From assembly GCA_016718565.1 (NCBI GenBank), contig JADKCZ010000005.1:238218-302217 (forward strand): 64,000 nucleotides of DNA. Reading direction: 5' to 3'. Source of the stretch: Anaeromyxobacter sp. Lineage in GTDB: Bacteria; Myxococcota; Myxococcia; Myxococcales; Anaeromyxobacteraceae. This document shows, piece after piece, positions 29,246 to 38,997 of this stretch (positions within the stretch are counted from its first letter, which is position 1; every line of letters starts with the position of its first letter). The translations under genes were made by a program, and so were the position numbers. Under the pieces are notes generated by a model. It searched no databases and was not told where the DNA came from. It saw only the letters and a list, made by a program, of their open reading frames with translations.

Positions 29246-30753
29246 TGGCCCGCGGGCGGCGCGCCCTCGCCCAGGATGGTGAACTCGACGCGCCGGTTCC
29301 TGGCGCGGCCCAGGGCCGTGGCGTTGCTGGCGATGGGGCGCTCGAAGCCGAAGCCCGCCGGGACCAGCCGCCCGGCCGGGATCCCCTTGCCGACCAGGTA
29401 GCGCGCCACCGCGGCGGCGCGCCGGGCCGACAGCTCCTTGTTGTAGGCGGCGGGGCCGACGTCGTCGGTGTGCCCCTCGACGCGGAGCCGGCCCAGCTCG
29501 TCGTGTTCGGCCAGCAGCCGGGCCACCTGGTCGAGCACCGGGAAGGACCCGGCCTGGATGGTGTCCCGGTCGGTGTCGAAGTGGATGGCGTCCTTGAGCG
29601 AGAGCCGCTGCGCCTCGATCTCCACCAGCGGCTCGCCCGGCTCGGGCGGGCAGCCGGCGCGCTCCGCCGGCCCTGGCACCCGCGGGCAGCGGTCCTCGCC
29701 GTCGGGGATGGCGTCGCCGTCGGCGTCGGGGCAGCCGTCGAGCTCCCGGCGGCCGGGCACGGTGGGGCAGGCGTCCTTCCCGTTGGGCACGCCGTCCCGG
29801 TCGGCGTCCTCGTCGGGCCGGCCCACCGCCTGGCCGCCCCAGCGGACCCCTGCGAAGACCCGCCAGCGCTCGTGGCCGTAGCCGGCCGCGCCCAGGCCGG
29901 CGCCCAGCCCGGCCTCCACCGACAGCGCCTGGGTCAGGAAGGCCCGCAGGCCGGCCCGCGCCGCCAGCGGGGCCCGCCAGCGCGCGCTGCCGGGCTCGAG
30001 GCCGGGCGGCACCTGGCCGGTGACCTCGGCCAGGGCCCGCCAGCGGTCGAGCCGCCCCACCGGCGGCAGCTCCAGGGTGGCGCCGGCGCCCCAGGTGAAG
30101 GCGTCGTCCACCGCCAGCTGGGCGTACTGCCCGCGGCCGCGGAGCAGCCAGCCGACCTGGCCGTCCAGCCGGAGGCGGCCCAGGGTGCGGGAGGCCAGCA
30201 GCGAGGGGGCCAGCGCCAGGCCGTCGCCGGCGAAGGCCCGCCGGTCGCCGGTGGGGAGCCGCAGGTCGAGCAGCGCGGCCAGCGAGACCGGCCAGCCCGC
30301 CAGGAAGGTGAGGGGCGCCTTGGCGCCGAGGCGCAGGTCGCCGAGCGCCGCGGCCGCCACCGGCTCCACCAGCGGGCCGGTCACCCCCTGGTCGGTGAGG
30401 AAGGAGAGGTCGCTCCACTGGCGCAGCGCCACCGGGAGGTGCGCCGAGAGCTCCACCCGGCCCAGCGACCAGCCGCCCAGCAGGTGGAGCGCCAGCCGCC
30501 GCTCCAGCAGGTCGTCCTGCCGGCCGCCCTGCGAGGCCGTCAGCAGGCCGCTGGCCAGGTCGAGCAGGGCGGCCAGCCGCCAGGTGCCGGTGGGCAGCGC
30601 CGCCGCGGTCTCCACCGTGAAGCCGCCGTCGAGCGAGAGGGCCAGGCGCGACGGATCGGCGTCGAAGCCGCGCTGGGTGGGATCCTCGGCCGCCCCGGCG
30701 CGCGCCGCGAGGGCGGCCGCGGCGGCCAGGCACAGGAGGAGGCGCTGCGGCAT
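29242..30753 (-). CDS. OmpA/MotB-family outer-membrane protein with thrombospondin type-3 (Ca-binding) repeats
   Basis: Signal peptide. DADRDGVPNGKDACP and DADGDAIPDGEDRCP TSP3 repeats. C-terminal OmpA_C peptidoglycan-binding domain (HTDDVGPAAYNKELSARRAAAV...NRRVEF). Confidence 0.85.
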   Translation of the reverse strand: MPQRLLLCLAAAAALAARAGAAEDPTQRGFDADPSRLALSLDGGFTVETAAALPTGTWRLAALLDLASGLLTASQGGRQDDLLERRLALHLLGGWSLGRVELSAHLPVALRQWSDLSFLTDQGVTGPLVEPVAAAALGDLRLGAKAPLTFLAGWPVSLAALLDLRLPTGDRRAFAGDGLALAPSLLASRTLGRLRLDGQVGWLLRGRGQYAQLAVDDAFTWGAGATLELPPVGRLDRWRALAEVTGQVPPGLEPGSARWRAPLAARAGLRAFLTQALSVEAGLGAGLGAAGYGHERWRVFAGVRWGGQAVGRPDEDADRDGVPNGKDACPTVPGRRELDGCPDADGDAIPDGEDRCPRVPGPAERAGCPPEPGEPLVEIEAQRLSLKDAIHFDTDRDTIQAGSFPVLDQVARLLAEHDELGRLRVEGHTDDVGPAAYNKELSARRAAAVARYLVGKGIPAGRLVPAGFGFERPIASNATALGRARNRRVEFTILGEGAPPAGQ

Positions 30754-30854
30754 CCGGCGAGCTTAGGCGACTGGCACCGGGAGGCAAGGGTGCGCCGGCT
30801 CCCCGCGTCCCCGCCCTGTGGCAGGCTGGGCCCTCTTCGCCGGGGAGGCACACC

Positions 30855-33146
30855 ATGGGACTGCTGGACGCGCTGCGCGGTGAGCTGGTCGACATCGTGG
30901 AGTGGGTGGACGACACCAACCGGACCCTGGTGTGGCGCTTCCCGCGCTACCAGAACGCCATCAAGAACGGCGCCCAGCTGATCGTGCGCCCGGGCCAGGT
31001 GGCGGTCTTCGTGGACCGCGGCCAGATCGCCGACGTGTTCCAGCCGGGCATGGTGCAGCTCACCACCGCCAACCTGCCGCTGCTCTCCACGCTGCAGGGC
31101 TGGAAGTACGGCTTCGAGAGCCCCTTCAAGTGCGAGGTCTACTTCGTCTCGACGCGCCAGATCACCGACCTGAAGTGGGGCACGCCCAACCCGGTCATGC
31201 TGCGCGACGCCGACTTCGGCCCCATCCGCCTGCGCGCCTTCGGCACCTACGCGCTCAAGGCCTCCGACCCCAGGGCGCTGCTGACCGGCCTGGTGGGCAC
31301 CGACGGGGTCTTCGAGGCCGACGAGGTGGGCGAGCTGCTCCGCTCGCTCATCACCAGCGCCTTCGCCCAGCTGGTGGGCGAGAGCAAGATCGCCGCGCTC
31401 GACCTGGCCGCCAACACCACCGCCCTCTCCGAGACGCTGCGCGCCCGGGTGCAGGCCCGCATCGACGACGAGTACGGGCTGGAGCTGCCGCAGTGCCTCA
31501 TCGTCAACGTCTCGCTCCCGCCGGAGGTGGAGAAGGCGCTCGACACCCGCAGCAGCATCGGCGTCATGGGCGACCTGCAGAAGTTCCAGCAGTACCAGCT
31601 GGGCCAGGCCATGCTGGCCTCGGCCCAGAACCCGGCCGGCGGGCTGGGCGCGGCCGGCGCCGGGCTGGGGCTGGGGGTGGCCATGCTGGGCCAGGTGGGC
31701 CAGGCCCTGGCGCCCCCGGCCGCCTCGCCGCCGCCCCCGCCGCCGCCGCCCGCCGGCTGGCACCTGGCGGTGAACGGGCAGACGCAGGGGCCCTTCGACG
31801 CCGCCGCGCTGGCCGCGGCCGCCGCCCGCGGGCAGCTCACGCCGGCCTCGCTGGTCTGGAGCGCGGCGCTGGCGGGCTGGACCCCGGCCGGCCAGGTGCC
31901 GGCGCTGGCCGGCCTCTTCGCCCCGCCGCCCCCGCCCCCCCACCAGCCCCCTGACCTGGACGTCGCCGCAGCGGCCGCCCGCACCGTGAGCGCTCCTCCG
32001 CCTCCCCTGCCGCCCCCGCCGGCGCCCCCGGGCTCCAGCCGGGGCCCGGCCGCCCCGGCCGCCGATCAGGACCGGGGCCGCACCTTCCCCTGCGAGCGCT
32101 GCGGGGCCGACCTCACCTTCAGCATCGGGGCGCAGCTGCTGCGCTGCGGCCACTGCGGCTTCGAGAAGGCGCTGGACGCGCCGGCCGCGCCCGAGGTCCA
32201 GGAGAACGACCTCGCCGCGGGCCTGCAGCGGCAGGTGGAGCGGCGCTCCCGCGGCGCCCAGGCGGTGGGCACCAGCGAGCTCGGCTGCGCCGCCTGCGGC
32301 GCCACCGTGGTCTTCCAGGGCACCCTCACCGCCACCGCCTGCGCCTACTGCGGCGAGCCGCTGCTGCGCGACCAGGTCCACGCCGCGCCCGACCGCGTCC
32401 CGGTCGACGGCCTGCTCACCTTCGCGGTGGAGCAGGCGGCGGCGCGCGCCGGGCTGGCCGGCTGGGTGCGCGGCCTCTGGTTCGCGCCCACCGAGTTCGT
32501 GCGGCGCGGCATCGACGGCGCGCTGCAGGGCGTCTACCTCCCCTACTTCACCTTCGACGCCATGACCTCCACCCGCTACGCCGGCGAGCGCGGCGACCAC
32601 TTCTGGGTCGAGGTGGGCAGCGGCACCCAGCGCCGCCGCGAGCAGCGCACCCGCTGGACGCCGGCGGGCGGCGAGTTCCAGCGCTTCTTCGACGACGTGC
32701 TGGTGCCGGCGGTGTCCACCCTGCCGGCGGCGCTGCTGGACCGGCTCGAGCCCTGGCCGCTCGGCGGCGTCATCGCCTTCACCCCCGCGGCGCTGGCCGG
32801 CGCGCGGGCCCACACCTACGACCTCGAGCTCGAGCCGGCCGGCGGCCAGGCGCGGGCCCGCATCGAGGCGGCCCTCTCGGAGGAGGTGCGGGCGCGCATC
32901 GGCGGCGACGTGCAGCGGGTCCAGGCGCAGCAGACCGCCTACGCCGGGCTCACCTACAAGCACCTGCTGCTGCCGGTGTGGCTGCTGGCCTACCGCTACG
33001 GCGACCGGAGCTACCGGGTGGCCATCAACGCCTGCACCGGCGAGGTGCACGGCGAGCGGCCCTGGAGCCCCTGGAAGATCGGCGCGGCGGTGGTGCTCGG
33101 GCTGCTGGCGGCCGGGGTGGTGGCGCTGCTGACCGAGGGGCGCTGA
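30855..33146 (+). CDS. SPFH/Band-7 domain protein (COG4260-type) fused to a DUF4339-like module, two zinc-ribbon motifs and a C-terminal TM anchor
   Basis: N-terminus MGLLDALRGELVDIVEWVDDTNRTLVWRFPRYQNAIKNGAQLIVRPGQVAVFV...LQGWKYGFESPFKCEVYFVSTRQ is SPFH-family. Pro-rich linkers. WHLAVNGQTQGPFDAAALAAAAARGQLTPASLVWSAALAGWTPAGQVP is DUF4339-like. CERCGADL...CGHCGF and CAACGAT...CAYCGEPL are zinc ribbons. The C-terminus KIGAAVVLGLLAAGVVALL is a TM helix. Confidence 0.7.
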   Translation: MGLLDALRGELVDIVEWVDDTNRTLVWRFPRYQNAIKNGAQLIVRPGQVAVFVDRGQIADVFQPGMVQLTTANLPLLSTLQGWKYGFESPFKCEVYFVSTRQITDLKWGTPNPVMLRDADFGPIRLRAFGTYALKASDPRALLTGLVGTDGVFEADEVGELLRSLITSAFAQLVGESKIAALDLAANTTALSETLRARVQARIDDEYGLELPQCLIVNVSLPPEVEKALDTRSSIGVMGDLQKFQQYQLGQAMLASAQNPAGGLGAAGAGLGLGVAMLGQVGQALAPPAASPPPPPPPPAGWHLAVNGQTQGPFDAAALAAAAARGQLTPASLVWSAALAGWTPAGQVPALAGLFAPPPPPPHQPPDLDVAAAAARTVSAPPPPLPPPPAPPGSSRGPAAPAADQDRGRTFPCERCGADLTFSIGAQLLRCGHCGFEKALDAPAAPEVQENDLAAGLQRQVERRSRGAQAVGTSELGCAACGATVVFQGTLTATACAYCGEPLLRDQVHAAPDRVPVDGLLTFAVEQAAARAGLAGWVRGLWFAPTEFVRRGIDGALQGVYLPYFTFDAMTSTRYAGERGDHFWVEVGSGTQRRREQRTRWTPAGGEFQRFFDDVLVPAVSTLPAALLDRLEPWPLGGVIAFTPAALAGARAHTYDLELEPAGGQARARIEAALSEEVRARIGGDVQRVQAQQTAYAGLTYKHLLLPVWLLAYRYGDRSYRVAINACTGEVHGERPWSPWKIGAAVVLGLLAAGVVALLTEGR

Positions 33147-33327
33147 GGCGGAGGCGCCCGGAGCGCCCGCCCCGACACACGGTTCGCTCCCACGCAGGGT
33201 CCGCCGATGGCGTGCGACACGGCGTCGCCCCCAGGCTCAGGCGGGCCTGCCACGGATGGCGGCTGGCCTTCTCCCTCCGGCGGTGGGACCGTTCTGGGGT
33301 CGAGTCGTCGTGAACCTGGGCACCTTG

Positions 33328-36285
33328 GGGGGAGCCATGTTCCGTTCGATCGCCGCCGCCCTGTCGCTCCTCGTGGCTGGCTCGCAGCTCGGCTGCGCCA
33401 AGAAGGCCTCAGACCCGATCCAGCCCTGCCAGCAACCGAAGCCCACGCTCGAGCAGTGCCTCGACACGGCCTGGATGACGCAGGTGCAGGAGGGCATCAC
33501 GGAGGGCACCTGCGCCGACCAGCTCAGCGCCACCTGCTACGACCTCTTCGCCGATGCGCAGTCCGAGGCGCGGCTCAAGCAGGCCGCCTGCGACGACTAC
33601 TGGAAGCCCTGCACCGAGGCCATCTGCCCCACCGGCCCCAACACCAGCGACGCCCCGGTGGTCTGCTACCGCGTCACGCTGGAGCTGTACCCGACCCACG
33701 TCCGGACGGACGGCCTGCTGCAGGGCAACCAGATCAGCTACGCCTGCCGCAAGACCTTCCTCCCCGGCAAGCCGCCCCTCACCACCACCACCGGCAACCC
33801 GCTCGAGCAGGACCTGCAGGAGCTCATCCTGCAGGAGCGCACCCTGCCCTGGAGCAAGGTGGAGGTGGGCGGGCTCGTCACCTGGGGCGTGACCGAGCAG
33901 GAGCAGCAGCAGGTCATGTCGCTCTCCATCCCGGCCGAGCCCGCCTCGCGGCCAGCGCCCAGGCAGCGCTCGCTCAACAACGTGCGGCTCTCCACGCTAT
34001 GCGCCGGCGAGACCCTGCCCGAGCCGAACATCACCTACGAGTCCAGCCAGTGGTTCGACGAGCCGCTGCAGGACCAGCAGCTCGACATCGCCGAGCTGGG
34101 GAGCTGCCAGGGGTACGCCATCAACAAGTACTACGACTGGTCCGTCTTCAAGGCGCGCATGTCCCACGAGCGCGCCTACTCGCAGGAGGTGCCGGCCATC
34201 CTGCGCGTCCGCAAGGCCTTCGGCGGCGGGGTGGCCGCCACGCGCGGCGCCATCGGCTCGCTCTACCTCTCCACCGGGCTGATGTCGCGGAGCCTGGAGC
34301 CCGGCGCCTTCTCGGTCGGCCCCAACCCGGCCTTCCCGCTCACCGCGGGGGTGAGCCGCCAGGTGAGCCTGGTGCGCGAGATCCTGTTCCGGGCCCGCCG
34401 CGCCAACCTGGCGACCGCCCCCGACGACCACCGGCACCGGCTCAAGTTCGTCACGCCGGCCCTGGCGTCCTGGACCTCGCCCTGCCCCACGCCCACCTCC
34501 TGCCTGAACCTGCCCACCACCGAGGACTGGGCCTGGCACCGCGACATGCTGAACCGGTACCTGGAGACCGCGGTGACGCCGCTCCAGGAGGTCACGGCGC
34601 GCCTGCAGCGCCAGGCCCTCCTGGAGCTGCTGGCCCGGCGGGCCCAGGTGGAGGTGGCGGCCTGGCTGGTCGACCGGGATGTGACCCCGGTGGCGCGCAC
34701 CGTGATCCTGCCCACCCCCAGCGTGAGCAACCTGGCCAGCATGTGGGCCTGGGAGCTGGCCCAGGGCCACATCTTCACCACCCTCGAGTCGGTGACCACC
34801 GAGGAGCGGCGCTTCCTGCAGGAGCAGTTCGCCCGCGACTGGGAGCTGGTCAAGTTCAACGTGAAGACCATGTCCGACGCCACGCTGGACCAGCTCCTGC
34901 GGGAGATCGACGAGCTGATCGAGACCTCCATCACCAAGCAGCACGCCGCCTGCCTGGCGGCCAGCGCCGCCGGCCGGCCGGTGCTGTGCGACTGGCTCCC
35001 GGAGATGTTCACGGCCCGCTTCGAGGGCGTCACCGAGCGCGACCTGCTGGCCCTGCCGGCGCCCGGGAGCGGCGACCTGCCCGACGCCGGTCCCAGCGCG
35101 GACAAGCACCGCTGCGACGTCTACACCGCGGGGCTGAGCTTCAGCCGGCTGGCGGGCACCCCGCAGCACCCGGGCTTCGCCTTCTCCTGCCCGCTCAACT
35201 CGGGGGTGGGGGACCTGGACCAGTACCAGGTGTGCGGCTGCAGCGAGGTCGCCGGGGGCTACGTCTGCGGCGACGACGACACCTTCAACCCGACGCCCAG
35301 GCCCGCGCCGCCCGGCACCTCCCCGCTCTTCTACCCGGCCACCAGCTACCGGGCCTCCATCGGCGCGCTGCAGCTCCTCTTCGGCAAGGGCGGGCGGGTG
35401 GACCGGATGAACGACGTGGCCTTCGCCGTGGCCACCTCCTTCATCCCCAACTGCAGCCCGACGCCCACCATGACCGAGGTCCGGGCGGCCACCCAGACGC
35501 TGGGCTTCGGCCTGTTCGGCGCCACCCTGGTGGAGGAGTTCAGCTGGTCGAAGAGCGGCGCCGCGGACGACCGTTCCTTCCTCAAGGCCCACTTCAAGGC
35601 CGAGGCGAAGGTCCTGTCGCTCGACGTCCCGCTCCTCGACGTGACCGCCACGGCCGACCGGGTGCGCGACTCGGACGGCACCCGGTCGCTCACCGTGGAG
35701 GCGGCCGGCATGAACATCCCCATCCCGGGCGACGGGACGAGCTTCAACGACGGGGACGAGTGGCTGGGCATCGGTGGCTTCTTCCCCTTCATGGTCGGAC
35801 CGATCCCCATGTCGGTGAGCTTCGGCGTGGGCGGCTCCTGGAGCGTCCACGCCGGCGCCGGGCTGGCCTCGCCCTTGAAGGTCACGGCCGGGGGCCTCAC
35901 CGGCGCCAACCTCTTCGTGGAGGGCGGGGTGGACGCCGGCATCGCCGGCGCCGGCATCGGCGCCTACATCGACATCGTGAAGCTGGGCCCGAGCTTCAGC
36001 GGGGCGCTCGGCATGCGGACCACGCCGCAGGGGAGCGGGCACTTCGCCCCGAACCCGCTCCAGCTCTCCTCCTCGCTGGACCTCGACACCGTGCTCCTCT
36101 CGGGCGCCTTCTACGCCTGGGCCAAGGTGGGGGTCTGCCCCATCTGCAAGAAGTTCTCGCTGACGCTCTTCGAGTGGGGCGGCTACCGGCTCAAGACCCC
36201 GGTCTGGAGCCGATCGGTGCCGCTCACCGAGGGGAACCTGGACAAGCTGGGGTCCTGGCACCCGCCCCCGCAGTGCACCAACTGA
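33328..36285 (+). CDS. Large (~985 aa) Cys-rich secreted lipoprotein of unknown function
   Basis: RBS GGGGGGAG precedes ATG 33328. Lipobox SQLGCAKK. Cys-rich N-terminal region and a Gly-rich beta-type C-terminal region. Consistent, non-repetitive composition. Confidence 0.6.
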   Translation, partial: GGAMFRSIAAALSLLVAGSQLGCAKKASDPIQPCQQPKPTLEQCLDTAWMTQVQEGITEGTCADQLSATCYDLFADAQSEARLKQAACDDYWKPCTEAICPTGPNTSDAPVVCYRVTLELYPTHVRTDGLLQGNQISYACRKTFLPGKPPLTTTTGNPLEQDLQELILQERTLPWSKVEVGGLVTWGVTEQEQQQVMSLSIPAEPASRPAPRQRSLNNVRLSTLCAGETLPEPNITYESSQWFDEPLQDQQLDIAELGSCQGYAINKYYDWSVFKARMSHERAYSQEVPAILRVRKAFGGGVAATRGAIGSLYLSTGLMSRSLEPGAFSVGPNPAFPLTAGVSRQVSLVREILFRARRANLATAPDDHRHRLKFVTPALASWTSPCPTPTSCLNLPTTEDWAWHRDMLNRYLETAVTPLQEVTARLQRQALLELLARRAQVEVAAWLVDRDVTPVARTVILPTPSVSNLASMWAWELAQGHIFTTLESVTTEERRFLQEQFARDWELVKFNVKTMSDATLDQLLREIDELIETSITKQHAACLAASAAGRPVLCDWLPEMFTARFEGVTERDLLALPAPGSGDLPDAGPSADKHRCDVYTAGLSFSRLAGTPQHPGFAFSCPLNSGVGDLDQYQVCGCSEVAGGYVCGDDDTFNPTPRPAPPGTSPLFYPATSYRASIGALQLLFGKGGRVDRMNDVAFAVATSFIPNCSPTPTMTEVRAATQTLGFGLFGATLVEEFSWSKSGAADDRSFLKAHFKAEAKVLSLDVPLLDVTATADRVRDSDGTRSLTVEAAGMNIPIPGDGTSFNDGDEWLGIGGFFPFMVGPIPMSVSFGVGGSWSVHAGAGLASPLKVTAGGLTGANLFVEGGVDAGIAGAGIGAYIDIVKLGPSFSGALGMRTTPQGSGHFAPNPLQLSSSLDLDTVLLSGAFYAWAKVGVCPICKKFSLTLFEWGGYRLKTPVWSRSVPLTEGNLDKLGSWHPPPQCTN

Positions 36286-36297
36286 CCGGGGAGGCGC

Positions 36298-38208
36298 ATG
36301 GCGCGGCGAGGCGGCGGCTGGCCGAGGTGGGGGCGCTGGGCGCTCGGCGGGGCGCTGGCGACGGCCCTGCTGGTGGCGATCGCGCTGGTGACCTTCGGGC
36401 CGCTGGGGTCCGGGCTGCGCGCCCTGCCCCGGTGGGAGCCGGGCCAGGCCTACCGCTACCGGCTGGACTACCGGGCCACCGAGCGGGTGGCGCTGCTGGG
36501 TGACCCGGCGGCGGCCGGTGGGCGGGCCGACGTGGAGGGGCGCTTCGAGGTGGCCGCCACCCTGGTGCTGGGCGCGCTCGGGGTGGAGCCAGGCGGGTCG
36601 CTCCTGGCGCTCACCCTGGAGGCGCCCACGGCGGCCCGCTTCGAGTTCATGGGGCAGCCGCTGGTGCCCGAGGCGGAGGCGAGGGCCCAGCTGGCCGCGG
36701 GCGAGGCGCTGCTGGTGCTCACCCCCGGGGGCCAGGTGGCGTCGGTCCGCTTCGTGCCGGGCGCGCCGGTCCTCTTCCGGCGGACGGTGCTGACCGTCCT
36801 CTCGGAGCTTCGCCTGGACCTGCGCGCCGGGCAGGCGGCCTGGCAGGTCGCCGAGGCGGGCCAGCGCGGCGCCGGCCAGGCGGCCTGGAGCGCGCGCCGC
36901 GGCCTCACGGCCGACCTGGCCACCAAGCTGAAGGCGCCCTACACCCGGCTGCACGCCGTGCCGGAGGGGCTGGCCGGGCTGGCGCAGGACCTCGACGCCC
37001 GGGTCGAGGTCGAGGTCACCCTGCGCGGCCGCCTCCGGCGCGTCGCCAGCTCGGAGCGGCTCAGCCTCCGCACGGCCGCCCGCGCCACCCGGCTGGCCGC
37101 CGAGGCCAGCTGCTCGCTCCTGCTCTCCGGGGAGCGCCCGCTCGACGCGCCGCGGGGGCTCGAGGCGCTGCGGGACCGGGCGCTGGAGCGGCTGGCCGAG
37201 GCCGCGCCGGCCCGGCTGGAGGATCCCAGCCCGTCGGAGGAGACCCGGCGGGCGCTCGAGGAGCAGGTGGCCGGCGGGGTGGACCTGGCCGTGCTCATGG
37301 GCCGGCTCGACGGGCTGGCGGCCGGTCACCCGCTGCCCGCCGACTTCATGTGGCGTGGCGGCACCTGGCTCAGGCTCCACCCGGAGGCCTGCGCCGCCCT
37401 GGCGGCTCGCTTCCGCGAGGCCGGCGCCACGCCGCGGGTGCGCCGGGCGCTGGTCTCGCTGCTGGTCCAGGCGGCCTCGGCGGAGGCCCAGGCCACCCTG
37501 CGCGAGCTGCTGTCCGCCGCGACGTCGCGCGCCCAGGAGGGCTGGCCGCGCCTCCTCACCCAGCTCACCTTCCTGGAGACGCCCGAGCCGGCCACGCTCG
37601 AGCTCCTGGCCGCCGTGGCCGGCGCCGATGGGCCGGGCCGCACCGCGGCCACCATGGCGCTGGGGGCGGCCATCGGCCGGGCGCGCGGCGAGGAGGCCGC
37701 CGCGGTGGCGTCGGAGCTCGACCGGCGCCTCGGCGCCGAGCTGGCGGCGACCGCCGATCCGGCCCGCCAGGCCGTCCTGCTGGCCTCCCTGGCCAACGCC
37801 GGGCGGCCCGACGACGTCCCGGTGGTGCTGCCCTTCGCCGCGGCCCGGTCGGCGCAGGTCCGCATCGCGGCGGCCGACGCCCTGGGCCGGACGCCCACGC
37901 CGGACGGGGTGGCGGCGCTGGAGCGGCTGGTGGTGGACGGGGAGCTGCCGGTGCAGGGCGCGGCCATCGCGGCGCTGGCCCGCCACGCGCCCGGCCAGCA
38001 GGGCCTGGAGCGGCTGGCCGCCCTGGTGCGGGGCGGGGCGGTCCACGAGCTCTCCTTCCCGGCGCTCCTCAACCTGGCCGCGGCCAGCCGGGCCACCGGC
38101 GCGCCGCCACCCGCCGTCCGGGCGCTGCTGGCGGCCATGTCGGCCGCGCCCATCGGCCGGCCGGAGATCCGGCGGCTGGTGGACGACGCGCTGGCGGCCG
38201 CGCCCTGA
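36298..38208 (+). CDS. Membrane-anchored protein with C-terminal HEAT/PBS-lyase-like repeats
   Basis: A 13-nt gap separates it from the lipoprotein gene. N-terminal TM helix WALGGALATALLVAIALV. C-terminal repeats (RQAVLLASLANAGRPDDVPVVLPFAAARSAQVRIAAADALGR...). Confidence 0.6.
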   Translation: MARRGGGWPRWGRWALGGALATALLVAIALVTFGPLGSGLRALPRWEPGQAYRYRLDYRATERVALLGDPAAAGGRADVEGRFEVAATLVLGALGVEPGGSLLALTLEAPTAARFEFMGQPLVPEAEARAQLAAGEALLVLTPGGQVASVRFVPGAPVLFRRTVLTVLSELRLDLRAGQAAWQVAEAGQRGAGQAAWSARRGLTADLATKLKAPYTRLHAVPEGLAGLAQDLDARVEVEVTLRGRLRRVASSERLSLRTAARATRLAAEASCSLLLSGERPLDAPRGLEALRDRALERLAEAAPARLEDPSPSEETRRALEEQVAGGVDLAVLMGRLDGLAAGHPLPADFMWRGGTWLRLHPEACAALAARFREAGATPRVRRALVSLLVQAASAEAQATLRELLSAATSRAQEGWPRLLTQLTFLETPEPATLELLAAVAGADGPGRTAATMALGAAIGRARGEEAAAVASELDRRLGAELAATADPARQAVLLASLANAGRPDDVPVVLPFAAARSAQVRIAAADALGRTPTPDGVAALERLVVDGELPVQGAAIAALARHAPGQQGLERLAALVRGGAVHELSFPALLNLAAASRATGAPPPAVRALLAAMSAAPIGRPEIRRLVDDALAAAP

Positions 38209-38232
38209 GCGGCGCGCCGCCGGGGCCCGCCC

Positions 38233-38925
38233 TCACGTCTTCAGCGAGAAGGGCGTGAAGTCGGTGTCGCGGTCGTAGTAGTCCTCCTGCTCCCGCCGCT
38301 TCAGGAAGCCCACCACCCGGTAGGTCACCGGGGTGGCCAGCACCTCCCAGGCCACCTTGAGCGCGTAGTTCCCCAGCATCACCTTGAGCAGCAGCGAGGG
38401 CGCCCAGACGCCCAGGAACGCCAGGGGGTAGAACACCAGCGTGTCGGCGGCCTCGCCCACCACGGTGGAGCCGATGGTCCGCACCCACAGGAAGCGGCCG
38501 GCGGTCTTCACCTTGAGCTTGGCCAGGGTCACCGAGTTGGCGAACTCCCCGCAGGCGTACCCCAGCAGCGAGGCCAGCGCGGTGCGCCAGGTGGAGCCGA
38601 AGACGGCCGCCAGGGCCTCCTGGCCCTGCCACTCGGGCGAGGGCGGCATCTGCACCACCACCGCGCTCATGAGCGAGGCGTAGGCCAGGGCCGCGAAGCC
38701 GGCCCACACCACCTTGCGGGAGCGGGCGTAGCCGTAGACCTCGGTCAGGACGTCGCCGAAGAGGTAGCTGAGCGGGAAGAACAGGTTGCCGGCGCCGAAG
38801 GTGAAGCCGGCCACCGTGACCGCCTTGCTCACGCCCACCAGGTTGGCGCACAGCAGCACCGTGACGAATGCGGCCATGAGCAGGTCGTAGTACCGGTAAG
38901 TTCTGGCGGGAGGTGGCGTGGACAT
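38233..38925 (-). CDS. yhhQ: Queuosine-precursor transporter, YhhQ/VUT (DUF165) family
   Basis: Polytopic protein with characteristic YhhQ segments (FPLSYLFGDVLTEVYGY, FANSVTLAKLK, YALKVAWEVLATPVTY). Confidence 0.85.
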   Translation of the reverse strand: MSTPPPARTYRYYDLLMAAFVTVLLCANLVGVSKAVTVAGFTFGAGNLFFPLSYLFGDVLTEVYGYARSRKVVWAGFAALAYASLMSAVVVQMPPSPEWQGQEALAAVFGSTWRTALASLLGYACGEFANSVTLAKLKVKTAGRFLWVRTIGSTVVGEAADTLVFYPLAFLGVWAPSLLLKVMLGNYALKVAWEVLATPVTYRVVGFLKRREQEDYYDRDTDFTPFSLKT

Positions 38926-38997
38926 GGTCTCGAGCCGCAGGGGGTGCGCGTCGTGAAGAGGACTCTGGACTGGCCGGAAGGCTCCGAGGAGCTTCCC

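Noticed and set aside
33997-38046. 1349-aa minus-strand ORF
   Set aside because: It is antisense to two co-directional plus-strand genes that have a good RBS and signal peptides.
38926-38997. preQ1 riboswitch upstream of yhhQ
   Set aside because: The 5' leader is only about 70 nt, is GC-rich and shows no preQ1-I/II consensus.
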